Part shown: one piece after another, positions 7,871 to 19,200 of the stretch | Position numbering within the stretch: the first letter of the stretch is position 1 | Layout: each line of letters starts with the position of its first letter | Assembly (NCBI GenBank): GCA_001801305.1 | Contig: MGXH01000002.1 | Span: 3,054 to 67,053 of the forward strand | Direction: 5' to 3' | Length of the DNA stretch: 64,000 nucleotides | Source: Gammaproteobacteria bacterium GWE2_42_36 | GTDB lineage: Bacteria; Pseudomonadota; Gammaproteobacteria; UBA12402 | Program-made: the position numbers and the translations under genes | Notes under the pieces: model-generated | Database searches by the model: none | Told to the model about the DNA's origin: nothing | Seen by the model: the letters and a program-made list of their open reading frames with translations, nothing else

Positions 7871-10480
7871 ATGCTGTCGACTCAAGCCATACGCGAAAAA
7901 TTTCTCACTTATTTTCAATCGAAAGGGCATACAATTGTTTCGAGCAGTTCGCTTGTGCCTACAAATGATCCGACCTTGCTATTTACTAATGCGGGCATGG
8001 TGCCTTTTAAAGATGTATTTCTTGGACGCGAGCAACGATCTTATCGTCGCGCGACGACTGTGCAAAAATGTATGCGTGCAGGGGGTAAACATAACGATTT
8101 GGAGCAAGTGGGTTATACGGCACGGCATCATACGTTTTTTGAAATGCTCGGCAATTTTAGTTTTGGTGATTATTTTAAGCGCGAGGCGATTCAGTTTGCA
8201 TGGGAATTTTTAACAGGCGTTTTGCAATTGCCAAAAGAGCGTTTATGGATCACGGTTTTCGAAAAAGATGATGAAGCGGCACAAATTTGGCTCGATGAAA
8301 TGAAAATCGATCCCAAACGTTTTTCCCGCTGTGGTGAAAAAGATAATTTTTGGGCGATGGGTGATACAGGACCTTGCGGACCTTGTTCGGAAATTTTTTA
8401 CGATCATGGCCCCTCAATTGCCGGTGGCCCGCCGGGGAGTGTGGATGCTGAAGGTGATCGATATGTTGAAATATGGAATTTGGTGTTCATGCAATTTGAA
8501 CGAGATGGAACAGGGACTTTAACGCCATTGCCGAAACCGTCTGTCGATACGGGGATGGGATTGGAAAGAATTGCGGCGATTATGCAAGGCGTGCACAGCA
8601 ATTATGAGATCGATATTTTTAAAACTTTAATTCAAGCGATTGTTCAATTGGCCGGTAGTAAAGAAATGCTGAATCATCCTTCTCTCTGTGCGATTGCCGA
8701 TCACACCCGCGCGAGCGCCTTTTTAATTGTAGACGGCGTGTTGCCGTCGAACGAAGGACGAGGATATGTGTTGCGCCGAATTATTCGTCGCGCGATTCGT
8801 CATGGCAATCAATTGGGCTTAACGGAGCCATTTTTTTATCGATTGGTCGAGCCGCTCATCGCGACAATGGGTGAAGCCTATCCTGAATTAATCGCGGCAA
8901 AATCGATGATTGAAAAAGCGTTATTGCAGGAAGAACAACAATTTGCAAAAACGTTACAGCAAGGATTACAGCTGATCGATTCATTGATTGTTTCGGCGAA
9001 GACGAAAATGATTTCGGGTGAAATTGCGTTTAAATTATATGACACGTATGGTTTCCCGCTAGATCTCACAGAAATGATCGTGAAAGAAAAAGACTTTTCG
9101 GTGGATCGTGCAGGATTTGATGCGGCGATGGAAAAGCAACGTTCGCTTTCTCGTCAATCAAGTAAATTCAAGGCAGATTACCAACAAAAATTGAAAACAG
9201 AATTGAAATCAACATTCGTTGGCTATGATAAATTGCAAGACAAAGCCATCGTCCTAGCCATGTTGAAAAATAATGCTTCAGTCAACCTCTTACAAGAAGG
9301 TGAGTCAGGCCAGGTGATATTGGACAAAACGCCTTTTTATGCCGAATCTGGTGGGCAAGTGGCAGATCGAGGTTTTTTAGCGATCGATAATAATGTTTTT
9401 CAAGTCGAAGATGTGCAAAGGGTTGATCAAGCGATTGTACATTATGGGAAAATGATTTGTGGCGAAATCACTGAAAAACAGGAAGTGCTCGCAGAAGTGG
9501 ATATCGCCCATAGACAATCGGTGAAATTAAATCACTCAGCGGCGCATTTATTGCAAAGTGCATTACGCGCTGTTTTGGGAGAGCATGTCGTGCAAAAAGG
9601 ATCTTCCGTTGATGCCGACCGCCTGCGTTTTGATTTTCTGCATTTTCAGCCGGTTTCAAAAGAAGAATTACGGCAAGTCGAGCAACTTATCAATCAAAAA
9701 ATTCGCGCTAATCATCTGATTGAAACAACGGTAACGACTTATGATGAAGCCGTTGCTAAAGGTGCGATGGCTTTATTTAACGAAAAATATGGTGATCGAG
9801 TGCGCATGGTGAGCCTGGGCGATTTTTCAACAGAATTATGTGGTGGTACGCATGCGGCTCGTACCGGTGATCTAGGATTATTTAAAATCATTGAAGAAAT
9901 GGGGATTGCAGCTGGCGTTCGTCGTATTGAGGCTATCACGGGGGCCAAAGCGTTAGATTATATGGAAGCACAAATGGTTATTTTGGATCAATTGGCTCAA
10001 AAATTGAAAACGTCTACGGCGAAACTGCCCGAACGATTCGATCAACTGATCGAACAGCATAAAGTGCATGAAGTACTTTTACATGATTATGAACGTCGTT
10101 TAGCCGAGCAAAAACAGCAAGCGTTGATTCATTTAGTGGAAAAAGTGGGTGATATGGATGTGTTAATCGCAGAAGTCAAAGAAATCGAGCCGAAGTTGAT
10201 GCGAGAAATGGTTGAGTCCTTGAGAAGCCATTTTAATCGGAGCGTGATTTTATTGGCCGTTATTCATGAAGGAAGCATTCATCTGACTGCTGGCGTGACA
10301 AAAAACTGCGTTGATCGTGTTCAAGCCGGAGAGCTGATTAAACAGGCGTCTGAAGCTTTAGGCGGGAAGGGAGGGGGTCGTCCTGATTTCGCGCAAGGCG
10401 GTGGAAAACAGATTGATCAACTGCCGACCGTGTTGGAAATGCTTAAAAACTGGACAAAACATAAAATTTTAGTAAAATAA
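7871..10480 (+). CDS. alaS: Alanine--tRNA ligase
   Basis: DPTLLFTNAGM, RHHTFFEMLGNFSFGDYFK, editing motifs NHSAAH and ELCGGTH, C-terminal GKGGGRPDFAQGGG. Confidence 0.98.
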   Translation: MLSTQAIREKFLTYFQSKGHTIVSSSSLVPTNDPTLLFTNAGMVPFKDVFLGREQRSYRRATTVQKCMRAGGKHNDLEQVGYTARHHTFFEMLGNFSFGDYFKREAIQFAWEFLTGVLQLPKERLWITVFEKDDEAAQIWLDEMKIDPKRFSRCGEKDNFWAMGDTGPCGPCSEIFYDHGPSIAGGPPGSVDAEGDRYVEIWNLVFMQFERDGTGTLTPLPKPSVDTGMGLERIAAIMQGVHSNYEIDIFKTLIQAIVQLAGSKEMLNHPSLCAIADHTRASAFLIVDGVLPSNEGRGYVLRRIIRRAIRHGNQLGLTEPFFYRLVEPLIATMGEAYPELIAAKSMIEKALLQEEQQFAKTLQQGLQLIDSLIVSAKTKMISGEIAFKLYDTYGFPLDLTEMIVKEKDFSVDRAGFDAAMEKQRSLSRQSSKFKADYQQKLKTELKSTFVGYDKLQDKAIVLAMLKNNASVNLLQEGESGQVILDKTPFYAESGGQVADRGFLAIDNNVFQVEDVQRVDQAIVHYGKMICGEITEKQEVLAEVDIAHRQSVKLNHSAAHLLQSALRAVLGEHVVQKGSSVDADRLRFDFLHFQPVSKEELRQVEQLINQKIRANHLIETTVTTYDEAVAKGAMALFNEKYGDRVRMVSLGDFSTELCGGTHAARTGDLGLFKIIEEMGIAAGVRRIEAITGAKALDYMEAQMVILDQLAQKLKTSTAKLPERFDQLIEQHKVHEVLLHDYERRLAEQKQQALIHLVEKVGDMDVLIAEVKEIEPKLMREMVESLRSHFNRSVILLAVIHEGSIHLTAGVTKNCVDRVQAGELIKQASEALGGKGGGRPDFAQGGGKQIDQLPTVLEMLKNWTKHKILVK

Positions 10481-10817
10481 AATCACTTAATTTTTTGGTG
10501 CTTTGTGTGTGGCAGAGAATTTTTCTAAAAAATTAAGAAAAAAGGATTTTGTATATTGTTCAAAAAAGGTGAGGGAATACGTCAGTTCACTTGCGTGATG
10601 CAGAAATAGATCTGATTTTTCTTAAGTAGTTATTTTTATTGTTATTTGTTTAGACTTTTTAAAACGTTCTGGGAAATACAGAATATTGTTTTATCCGTTA
10701 TCGATAAAATTTTAACGAAAAAATGAAATGCGAACGTATCTTATTTTCGCCCATTATTTTTTCGCCTAATTCAGAGATGGATGAAAAGTTTAAAAAATAA
10801 CCAAGATAAACAATTTG

Positions 10818-10850
10818 CTTAAGTTTCTCTTAAGTTTTTGCGTCTATATT
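10818..10850 (+). promoter_or_regulatory. PmrA box plus -10 element of csrA
   Basis: CTTAAGTTT-CT-CTTAAGTTT-N7-TATATT, a perfect 9-bp direct repeat fitting cTTAA-N2-TT-N2-cTTAA. Confidence 0.8.
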
Positions 10851-10913
10851 GAATGGGCTGCCAGTGTTGCAGTGACTGGTTGCACAAAATTTAAAATTTA
10901 CAAGGAGAAGATC

Positions 10914-11135
10914 ATGCTTATATTAACGAGGAGAATCGGAGAGACATTAATTATTGGTGATGATGTGTTAGTCACCGTTTTAGGTGTCAAAGGTAATCAA
11001 GTGCGCGTCGGCATTAATGCGCCTAAGACAACTTCTGTTCATCGCGAAGAAATTTATAAACGTATTCAAGATGAAAAAGAAAAAAATCAAGAAATATCGG
11101 AAGAAACCGATCAAGATGATACAGGAAATCAATAG
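10914..11135 (+). CDS. csrA: Carbon storage regulator CsrA
   Basis: [44 protein letters not shown] before ATG 10914. Confidence 0.98.
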   Translation: MLILTRRIGETLIIGDDVLVTVLGVKGNQVRVGINAPKTTSVHREEIYKRIQDEKEKNQEISEETDQDDTGNQ

Positions 11136-11227
11136 GGTTTCTGCCTTTCGTCACGGTATAGTATAGAAAATAAATTTCAACTATTGTTGTATTTGAATTC
11201 TGAAGCGTCATCCCGCGTGCTTCATGC

Positions 11228-11282
11228 CCGTCAATTGCGGGGCGCAGCCGATCTCTCGTCATTGCGCTCCCCGCAATGACGG
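11228..11282. repeat. GTCATTGCG/CGCAATGAC-type palindromic element between the convergent csrA and arn genes
   Basis: CCGTCAATTGCGGGGCGCA pairs with TGCGCTCCCCGCAATGACGG. An alternative hairpin is CGTCATTGCG-CTCCC-CGCAATGACG. Confidence 0.6.
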
Positions 11283-11327
11283 CAGAACGTTCTTGAATCA
11301 TGTCACAATCGCGGCGAATAGTTACAT

Positions 11328-12344
11328 TTATTTCAGATGGTAATCTAACGTTTTTCGAAGCGCTGTTTCAATATCATATTGCGGTTTCCAGCCCAGGCAA
11401 TTTTCCGCATGCTTGATTGAAGGAACGCGAGAAGGAACATCTTGATAGCCTTTGCCGTAATAAATGTTGGCATCTGTATCGATGAGTTTTGTTTTTTCTG
11501 CTAATTTTGCATATTTCGGATAAGTCTTAATGAGCTTCACTAATAACTCCGCCAATTCCCGAATCGATAAATCATTTTTCGGATTACCAATATTGAAAAT
11601 TTGTCCATTCGCCTTTCCCTCTTGATTATCGATAATTCGCATGAGGGCATCGATCCCATCATCAATGTAGGTAAAGCTTCGACGCTGTCTGCCACCATCG
11701 ACTAATTGAATATCTTTACCGCGCAAAATATTGCCGATAAATTGCGTTAAGACACGAGAACTGCCTTCTTTTTCGGCAAACACATCATCTTGTTTGGGGC
11801 CGATCCAGTTGAATGGTCTGAAATTGGTAAATTGTAATCCTTGGTGATTACCATAAGCATAAATAATTCGATCCATGAGTTGCTTAGAGGTTGAATAAAT
11901 CCATCGCTCTTTATTGATTGGCCCGACAATGAGCGGGCTTGTTTCTTCATCAAAAACGGCATCAGTCGACATCCCGTACACTTCAGACGTAGAGGGGAAT
12001 AGGACGCGTTTTTTATATTTGACGACTTGTCTAACAATCGGGAGATTAGCTTCGAAGTCGAGCTCAAACACACGCAGTGGATCGGTTACATAAGTGGAAG
12101 GTGTAGCGACGGCAACGAGTGGCAAAACCACATCGCATTTTTTGATATGATATTCGATCCATTCTTTATGGATCGTAATATCACCTTCGGTAAAGTGAAA
12201 ACGTTCGCGGCCCAATGAGCCCTCTAATTTATTGGCTGCAAGATCCATGCCATAGACGACCCAATCGGTATTGTCTAAAATCATTTCAGTTAGGCGGCTG
12301 CCGATAAATCCATTGACGCCTAAAATCAGTATTTTTTTAGTCAT
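11328..12344 (-). CDS. Stand-alone ArnA C-terminal-type UDP-glucuronate oxidase/decarboxylase (UDP-4-keto-pentose/UDP-xylose synthase family)
   Basis: GVNGFIG, FELDFEANL, STSEVYG, YSTSK, RPFNWIGP. No N-terminal formyltransferase domain. Confidence 0.9.
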   Translation of the reverse strand: MTKKILILGVNGFIGSRLTEMILDNTDWVVYGMDLAANKLEGSLGRERFHFTEGDITIHKEWIEYHIKKCDVVLPLVAVATPSTYVTDPLRVFELDFEANLPIVRQVVKYKKRVLFPSTSEVYGMSTDAVFDEETSPLIVGPINKERWIYSTSKQLMDRIIYAYGNHQGLQFTNFRPFNWIGPKQDDVFAEKEGSSRVLTQFIGNILRGKDIQLVDGGRQRRSFTYIDDGIDALMRIIDNQEGKANGQIFNIGNPKNDLSIRELAELLVKLIKTYPKYAKLAEKTKLIDTDANIYYGKGYQDVPSRVPSIKHAENCLGWKPQYDIETALRKTLDYHLK

Positions 12345-12347
12345 AAT

Positions 12348-13301
12348 TTATTGTCCTTCTTGTTGTTGACGAATTTCTCGAATTACAAAGCGCGGTCGTT
12401 TTAATGTTTCCAGATAAATTCTACCGATGTATTCACCTAAAATACCAACGCCCATGATGATGAGACCCATGATAAAAAAGGCGATGGCGAATAAAGTAAA
12501 CAATCCAGCGACTTCAGGGCCTATGACCAATCGACGAATGAGCAAGTAAATGACAAATAATAAGCTTAAAATCGAGACTGAAATCCCAATAAACGTAAAC
12601 ATTTGCAGTGGAACAAGCGAGAAATTCGTGATCAAGTCAAAATTATAGCGAATCAATTTGTAAAAACTGTAACTCGAGGTGCCGGCAGCACGTTCTTCAT
12701 GTTTGATACCGATTTCAGCGGGATTCGCGGCATAGGTCAACGCTAATGCGGTAATAAATGTCGAGCTTTCTCCGCTGGATACCATGAGATCGACTAAATT
12801 ACGACGATACGCGCGTAACATCGATCCTTCATCTTCCATTTTAAGGGAGGGAATCATTTTTTTACGTAACCAATTATGCGCATGAGAAACAAATAATCGC
12901 CATGGATTGTCTTGTCGATCCATGCGGTGGGTATTTACCACGTCATGACCTTTTTCCATTTCAGCGACGAGGCGAGGAATTTCTTCGGGCGGATTCTGTA
13001 AGTCGGCGTCCATCGTGATAATGATTTCACCACGGACATTTTCAAATCCTGCCATGATCGCCATATGTTGACCATAATTGCGATTGAAATGAATAATACG
13101 GAATTCGTTTGGTCGACGCTTAACGAAATCATTTAAAATCGCTGTAGAATTATCGGTGCTACCGTCATTCGTTAAAATCACTTCATACGGTTTGCCGAGT
13201 TGATCCATCACCGTGGTTAAACGTTGATAGAGAATTTCTAACACTTCCTGTTCGTTATGAACGGGAATGACGATGCTGATATAGGGTAGAGACGTAGTCA
13301 T
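12348..13301 (-). CDS. arnC: ArnC-like undecaprenyl-phosphate glycosyltransferase (GT2)
   Basis: NDGSTD, RNYGQHMAIMAGF, DADLQNPPEEIP, two C-terminal TM helices, GEYIGRIY. Confidence 0.88.
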   Translation of the reverse strand: MTTSLPYISIVIPVHNEQEVLEILYQRLTTVMDQLGKPYEVILTNDGSTDNSTAILNDFVKRRPNEFRIIHFNRNYGQHMAIMAGFENVRGEIIITMDADLQNPPEEIPRLVAEMEKGHDVVNTHRMDRQDNPWRLFVSHAHNWLRKKMIPSLKMEDEGSMLRAYRRNLVDLMVSSGESSTFITALALTYAANPAEIGIKHEERAAGTSSYSFYKLIRYNFDLITNFSLVPLQMFTFIGISVSILSLLFVIYLLIRRLVIGPEVAGLFTLFAIAFFIMGLIIMGVGILGEYIGRIYLETLKRPRFVIREIRQQQEGQ

Positions 13302-13380
13302 GAAAAAACCTCAGTTGTTTGTTTTGAGATAAATGGGAAAATCTTAGTTAAAAAAACATCAGTTCTTTTAAAATAAATGC

Positions 13381-14538
13381 TTACTTTCTAAATACCTCTT
13401 TCATTGTCGCAACGACCCGATCTTGTTGTTGTTCAGTTAGATCTGGGAAAAGCGGCAAACTGACAATGCGGCTTGCAATTGATTCGGTGTGTGGAAAATC
13501 GCCGAGCTTGTAGCCAAATTGATTACGGTAAAATGAATACAAATGTACCGCATCGTAGTGCAATCCTGTGCCGATATTATGTTCTTTCATTTTGGCCATG
13601 AAGGTATCGCGATCAACGCCAGCCACTTCCGGATTGATGAGCGGCGCAAACAAATGCCACGCATGTTTGCAATCGTAAGACGTTTTTGAAGGCGGCAAGG
13701 TGATTTCTTTCCAATCGGCGAGCAAGTGTAAATAACGATTCACCAAAACCGTTCGACGTTCGATAAACCGATCAAGCGAAGCGAGTTGATGAATGCCGAT
13801 CGCTGCTTGCAGATCGAGCATATTATATTTATAACCAGCCGAGATGACATCGTAATGCTGACTGCCTTCTTTCGAAAAACGGTTAAAGGCATCGCGATCA
13901 ATGCCATGAAAGCTGTTCACTTTAACGGAGCGTACAACGTGCGAATCATTGGTTGTGACGCAGCCGCCTTCGCCGCTGGTCATATTTTTATTCGGGTGAA
14001 AACTAAAGACTTGAATATCGCCGAAGCTGCCCAAAATTTTTCCTTTATAATAGGCGCCAATTGCGTGGGCCGCATCTTCAATCACGCGTAAATTGTATTT
14101 TTTAGCCAGTGCATAAATTACGTCCAGATCAGCGGGTAATCCCGTGTAGTGAATCGGCATAATCGCTTTAGTTTTTGGGGTAATCGCCGATTCGATTTTA
14201 GTCACGTCAATATTGTATGTGCGAGGATCGATATCGACAAACACGGGTTTCGCGCCTGCTTGAACAATCGTATTGGCTGAAGCAGCAAACGTTAAAGGGG
14301 AGGTGATGACTTCATCGCCGGGCTGAAAGTTGAGCGCTTGTAAAGCCAGTTGCAATCCTGCCGTTGCGGAGGTCAGCGGTACGGCATTTTCCGCCTTTAA
14401 ATAAGTTTTGAGATTTTCCGTAAATTTTTGTACGCGCGGGCCTGTCGTAAGCCAACCGGATTTTAAACAGTCAACTACTTCAGCAATGGTTGCGTCGTCA
14501 ATTGAAGGGCGAGCAAAAGGTAAAAAAGACTCTGTCAT
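13381..14538 (-). CDS. arnB: ArnB-like UDP-4-amino-pentose aminotransferase (DegT/DnrJ family)
   Basis: FLPFARP, SGWLTTGP, IEDAAHA, FSFHPNKNMTSGEGG (PLP lysine), GYKYN. Confidence 0.85.
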   Translation of the reverse strand: MTESFLPFARPSIDDATIAEVVDCLKSGWLTTGPRVQKFTENLKTYLKAENAVPLTSATAGLQLALQALNFQPGDEVITSPLTFAASANTIVQAGAKPVFVDIDPRTYNIDVTKIESAITPKTKAIMPIHYTGLPADLDVIYALAKKYNLRVIEDAAHAIGAYYKGKILGSFGDIQVFSFHPNKNMTSGEGGCVTTNDSHVVRSVKVNSFHGIDRDAFNRFSKEGSQHYDVISAGYKYNMLDLQAAIGIHQLASLDRFIERRTVLVNRYLHLLADWKEITLPPSKTSYDCKHAWHLFAPLINPEVAGVDRDTFMAKMKEHNIGTGLHYDAVHLYSFYRNQFGYKLGDFPHTESIASRIVSLPLFPDLTEQQQDRVVATMKEVFRK

Positions 14539-14545
14539 AGTGTTC

Positions 14546-14917
14546 TTAACTCCGAGTTACAAAATACACCCCTAGTAGGATGACCAAGATGCCAACAATC
14601 CGTGTGGCGGATAAATTTTCTCCTAAAAAAAGATAAGCGCCTATTGGCGCTAAAATAAAACCAATGCTGGTTAATGGATAAGCAATAGAAACATCCGTGC
14701 GCGATAAAACCAACAACCAGAGAATAACGCTTAATACATAACAAGTAATCCCCGAGATAATGTAAGGGCTGGTTGCGACTTTAATCCCGATTGGAATCAG
14801 GCTGGGCAGGGTAAAAGTAAACGTACCGATGTGATTCATGGCTGCTTTAAGTAACAGTTGCGCCAGCGCATTGAGCAACATACAGGCAAACACAATTGAG
14901 AAAACGAGGATAGTCAT
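14546..14917 (-). CDS. ArnE/ArnF-like small 4-TM flippase (EamA/SMR family)
   Basis: AQLLLK, LSRTDVSIAYPL, GENLS..RIVG; first gene of the arn-like operon. Confidence 0.8.
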   Translation of the reverse strand: MTILVFSIVFACMLLNALAQLLLKAAMNHIGTFTFTLPSLIPIGIKVATSPYIISGITCYVLSVILWLLVLSRTDVSIAYPLTSIGFILAPIGAYLFLGENLSATRIVGILVILLGVYFVTRS

Positions 14918-14962
14918 AATTTTTATTGCGCCTCTTTTTTTGCGATCCCAAATAAAGCGCAG

Positions 14963-14991
14963 ATTCTACTTTTTTTAAAAGGGGAAGTCTA
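14963..14991 (-). promoter_or_regulatory. Putative sigma70 promoter of the arn-like operon
   Basis: The minus strand reads TAGACT-N17-TAGAAT. Confidence 0.5.
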
Positions 14992-15039
14992 TTGGGGTGT
15001 GCCAAAAAAATCGTTCTATCGGATTCAATCCTCCGATAG

Positions 15040-16014
<975 letters not shown>

Positions 16015-16141
16015 TTTGACAACGAGCTACGCAGATCCTTAACGTGTTGATTATGGGCCTATCATGGTATGTCGATCCAGGCGATATTTGTGGTAAGAAG
16101 CCATCCATGGAAATTCATCCAGCTCAGCGTCCTTGCTTCGC

Positions 16142-16221
16142 GTTTATCGCTGCGTATTCCTCGCGATAAACCCATGCGCGTCGTTCGCCTGGGGAAATGC
16201 TTCGCATTTCCTTTACCAGGC
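16142..16221. other. Tandem stem-loops between the convergent trxB and GT3-GT35 genes
   Basis: GTTTATCGC/GCGATAAAC (16142-16171) and GCCTGG-GGAAATGC-TTC-GCATTTCC-TTTA-CCAGGC (16187-16221), the latter abutting the stop codon. Confidence 0.55.
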
Positions 16222-19200
16222 TCACCCCCAAATCATCAGATTCATATCATGTGGATACACCAATTTTGGATGATAAGGATAAATACGGACACCATAGGAA
16301 AATAAGCCCGTATCTTCTATTTTATATTCCGCCGTATACGTCAAAATACCACTTTCTCGTTTATCTGAAAGTGTCAACGGCATAGTAATAGGTGATGATT
16401 TCATTGGATCATCGGTCGTACGAATTAAAATCAGTTCTGCTTTGATTTCACTGGCCTTTAGTTTTCCGGAGAATAAAAGCAAGGTGATTTTTAGTTCGCC
16501 ACTGGTTTGGATCTTTCCATTTTTAATCCCTTCGACTAAGAGCGTTTTGATTTTAAGGGTATTAAAATGTAATCGAGTGCGTTCTTTCCATCGTACCAGG
16601 GCCTTTAAATCGGCAAAATCATTTTGCTGTAACTGGGTTGAATAACGGGCCAAGGGTAAATACAATTCTGACAGATAGTTTTTTACCATGTGGTGTGCGT
16701 TAAATTCGCAGCTGACTTCCATGATGGACGCTTTCATTCGCGCTACCCATTCTGATTTTCTCGTATCCTTTTTACTGTCGTAATACAATGGCGCAATTGT
16801 GTATTCCAGTTTATTGAGCAAATCATCGCACTCCGCGGCATTGCGTTTTTCTTCGTTGGTTTGCATTTCAACGGTATCAATCGACCAACCGGCTTGAGGA
16901 CTTGTTTCATCCCACCAGCCATCTCGAATCGAAAAGTTCAGTCCGCCATTCATCGCGACTTTCATGCCGCTCGTGCCACAGGCTTCTTTAGGGTAAATGG
17001 GATTATTTAGCCAGATATCAACCCCTTGCACCAATGCTTTGCTTAAAGACATATCATAGTCTTCTAGAAAGATAACGTGACCTTTAAAAGCCGGGTCGCG
17101 GGTTATTTCAATGATAGATTTCAAGACGTTTTTACCTAATGTATCGGCCGGGTGTGATTTTCCGGCAATCAATAACACAACCGGCATTTGGGGATTGGTC
17201 AGAATTTTTACGGCGCGTTCTCGGTTATTAAAAATTAAATCGTGTCGTTTGTAAGTAGCAAATCTCCTGGCAAAACCAATCAATAATGTTTGATTGGTTA
17301 ATGTTTCCAATGAAGACTGAATGAGTGATTCTTTTTCACTGCGGCGCCGATATTCTTTAGGAATACGCTCTTTCAAAATATTTAATAGGCGGTCTTTTTG
17401 AATTTGGTGGGTGTCCCATAAACTGTAATCGGGGATGAGGCTCATTTTTTTCCAAGTTTCGGGATCGTCTTGTGCATCGAGCCAAGAGCCTCCCAAATAA
17501 GTATCGAAAAGAATTCTCATGGGAATACCTAACCAAGTTTCGAGATGTACCCCATTCGTGACCCCTTCAATGGGCACTTCATTTTCCAGTAATCCCGGCC
17601 AGATCGGTTGCCACATATGCTGCGCAACACGTTGATGAATTTTTGATACGCCATTGGATTTAGCCGTTAATTTTAACGCTAGAATGGTCATTGAAAAGTT
17701 ATGCGCATTATCAAAATCGCGTGCGAATTCGAGCAGCTTTTCAATGGGGACGCCCAACAATTGTGCCGATTTAGAGAAATACTCTTTAATTAAAGTTTCA
17801 TCAAACACTTCATTTCCTGCCGGAACAGGCGTGTGTGTCGTAAAGACGGATGAAGCGCGCACCATTTCGATGGCCTCTGAATGTGAAAAGCCTTGATTAG
17901 CTAACATTTTAATGCGTTCTAACAATAAAAAAGCAGAATGACCTTCATTGAGATGGTAGACGCTCGGTGTGATCGCTAGCTTATCGGCAATTAATCGAAC
18001 ACCTGCGACGCCTAACACAATTTCTTGTAATAAACGTTGTGTTTTAGAATTGCAATATAATCGATTCGTGATTTGCCGATCATCAGGGTTGTTTTCAGGG
18101 ACGTCCGTATCGAGTAAATAGAGCGGGACTTTCCCCACTTTGAGTTTCCATATGCCGACGAAAATCGTTCTGTTTTGAACTTCAACGCCAATCAATAGAG
18201 GTTTGCCCGAATCATCGCTAAGTTGTTTTAAAGGTAATACTTTAGGGTCGATTGTGGCATGTTCGATGAGTTGCTCACCTTGATGGTCGACGCGTTGTGT
18301 CAGGTAACCTTGCTTGTAATATAAACCAATCGCAATTAAGGGCAAATCCACATCAGATACAGATTTTAAATAATCACCCGCCAAAATACCGAGGCCACCT
18401 GCGTAGATTGGTAAACTTTCATCTAAACCATATTCCAAACAAAAATAGGCGATGGGTTGATCGGCGTGAATGACCTCTAAATCCAATTTGCTTTTACGAT
18501 TAAGATATTGATCGAAAGCAATGAGTAAATGATTATATTTTTCCATATACCCGGGATCATTCATTTTTTGGGATAACAACGTGGACGATACGTTATTCAA
18601 AAATTCAATCGGATTGCGTTTTACTTTTTCCCATAAAACCGGATCCATCCCTTGAAATAATAATTTCACTTCGTGATGCCATGCCCACCACAAGTTGTAA
18701 GCGAGATCTCGTAATTGTGAAAGTTGTGCGGGCAATTGACACTCATGTTGAAAAGATCGAAAGCGCGGAGTAGTGGATTCAACCGTATGATAACTAGCCA
18801 TATACTCATTTTGTATATCTTCATAGTAAATGTCATTGAACTCGATGGCTTGGTCATAAGCATCGAGATAATCCTGATAAAACAATTTCCAGTCGGCTAA
18901 TTGCGCTATTTTAGCGACTTGTTCACGGATCGATTGTTTTTGCGCATCGGTTTGTTGGACGGTTTTATAAAGACAATCGCTCAGGCTGGTGACAATTTCT
19001 TCCTGTGTCCCATAATGTAACACTTGGACGGCTTCCTGATTCGGTAATTGTAAACTACTGACCCAAGATCCAAAGCCAGCCAAATTAGTAGTAATCGTCG
19101 GTGTTTGATAGGCAATACTTTCAAGCGGTGTGTAACCCCAAGGTTCATAGTAAGAAGGGAAGATGCTGAGGTCACAAGCGGCTAATATTTTCTCATAATC

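Noticed and set aside
10481..10913. Long AT-rich alaS-csrA spacer and a 33-aa upstream extension of CsrA in the ORF track
   Set aside because: I saw no lysC remnant or ORF. The extension overlaps the promoter, and the RBS supports ATG 10914.
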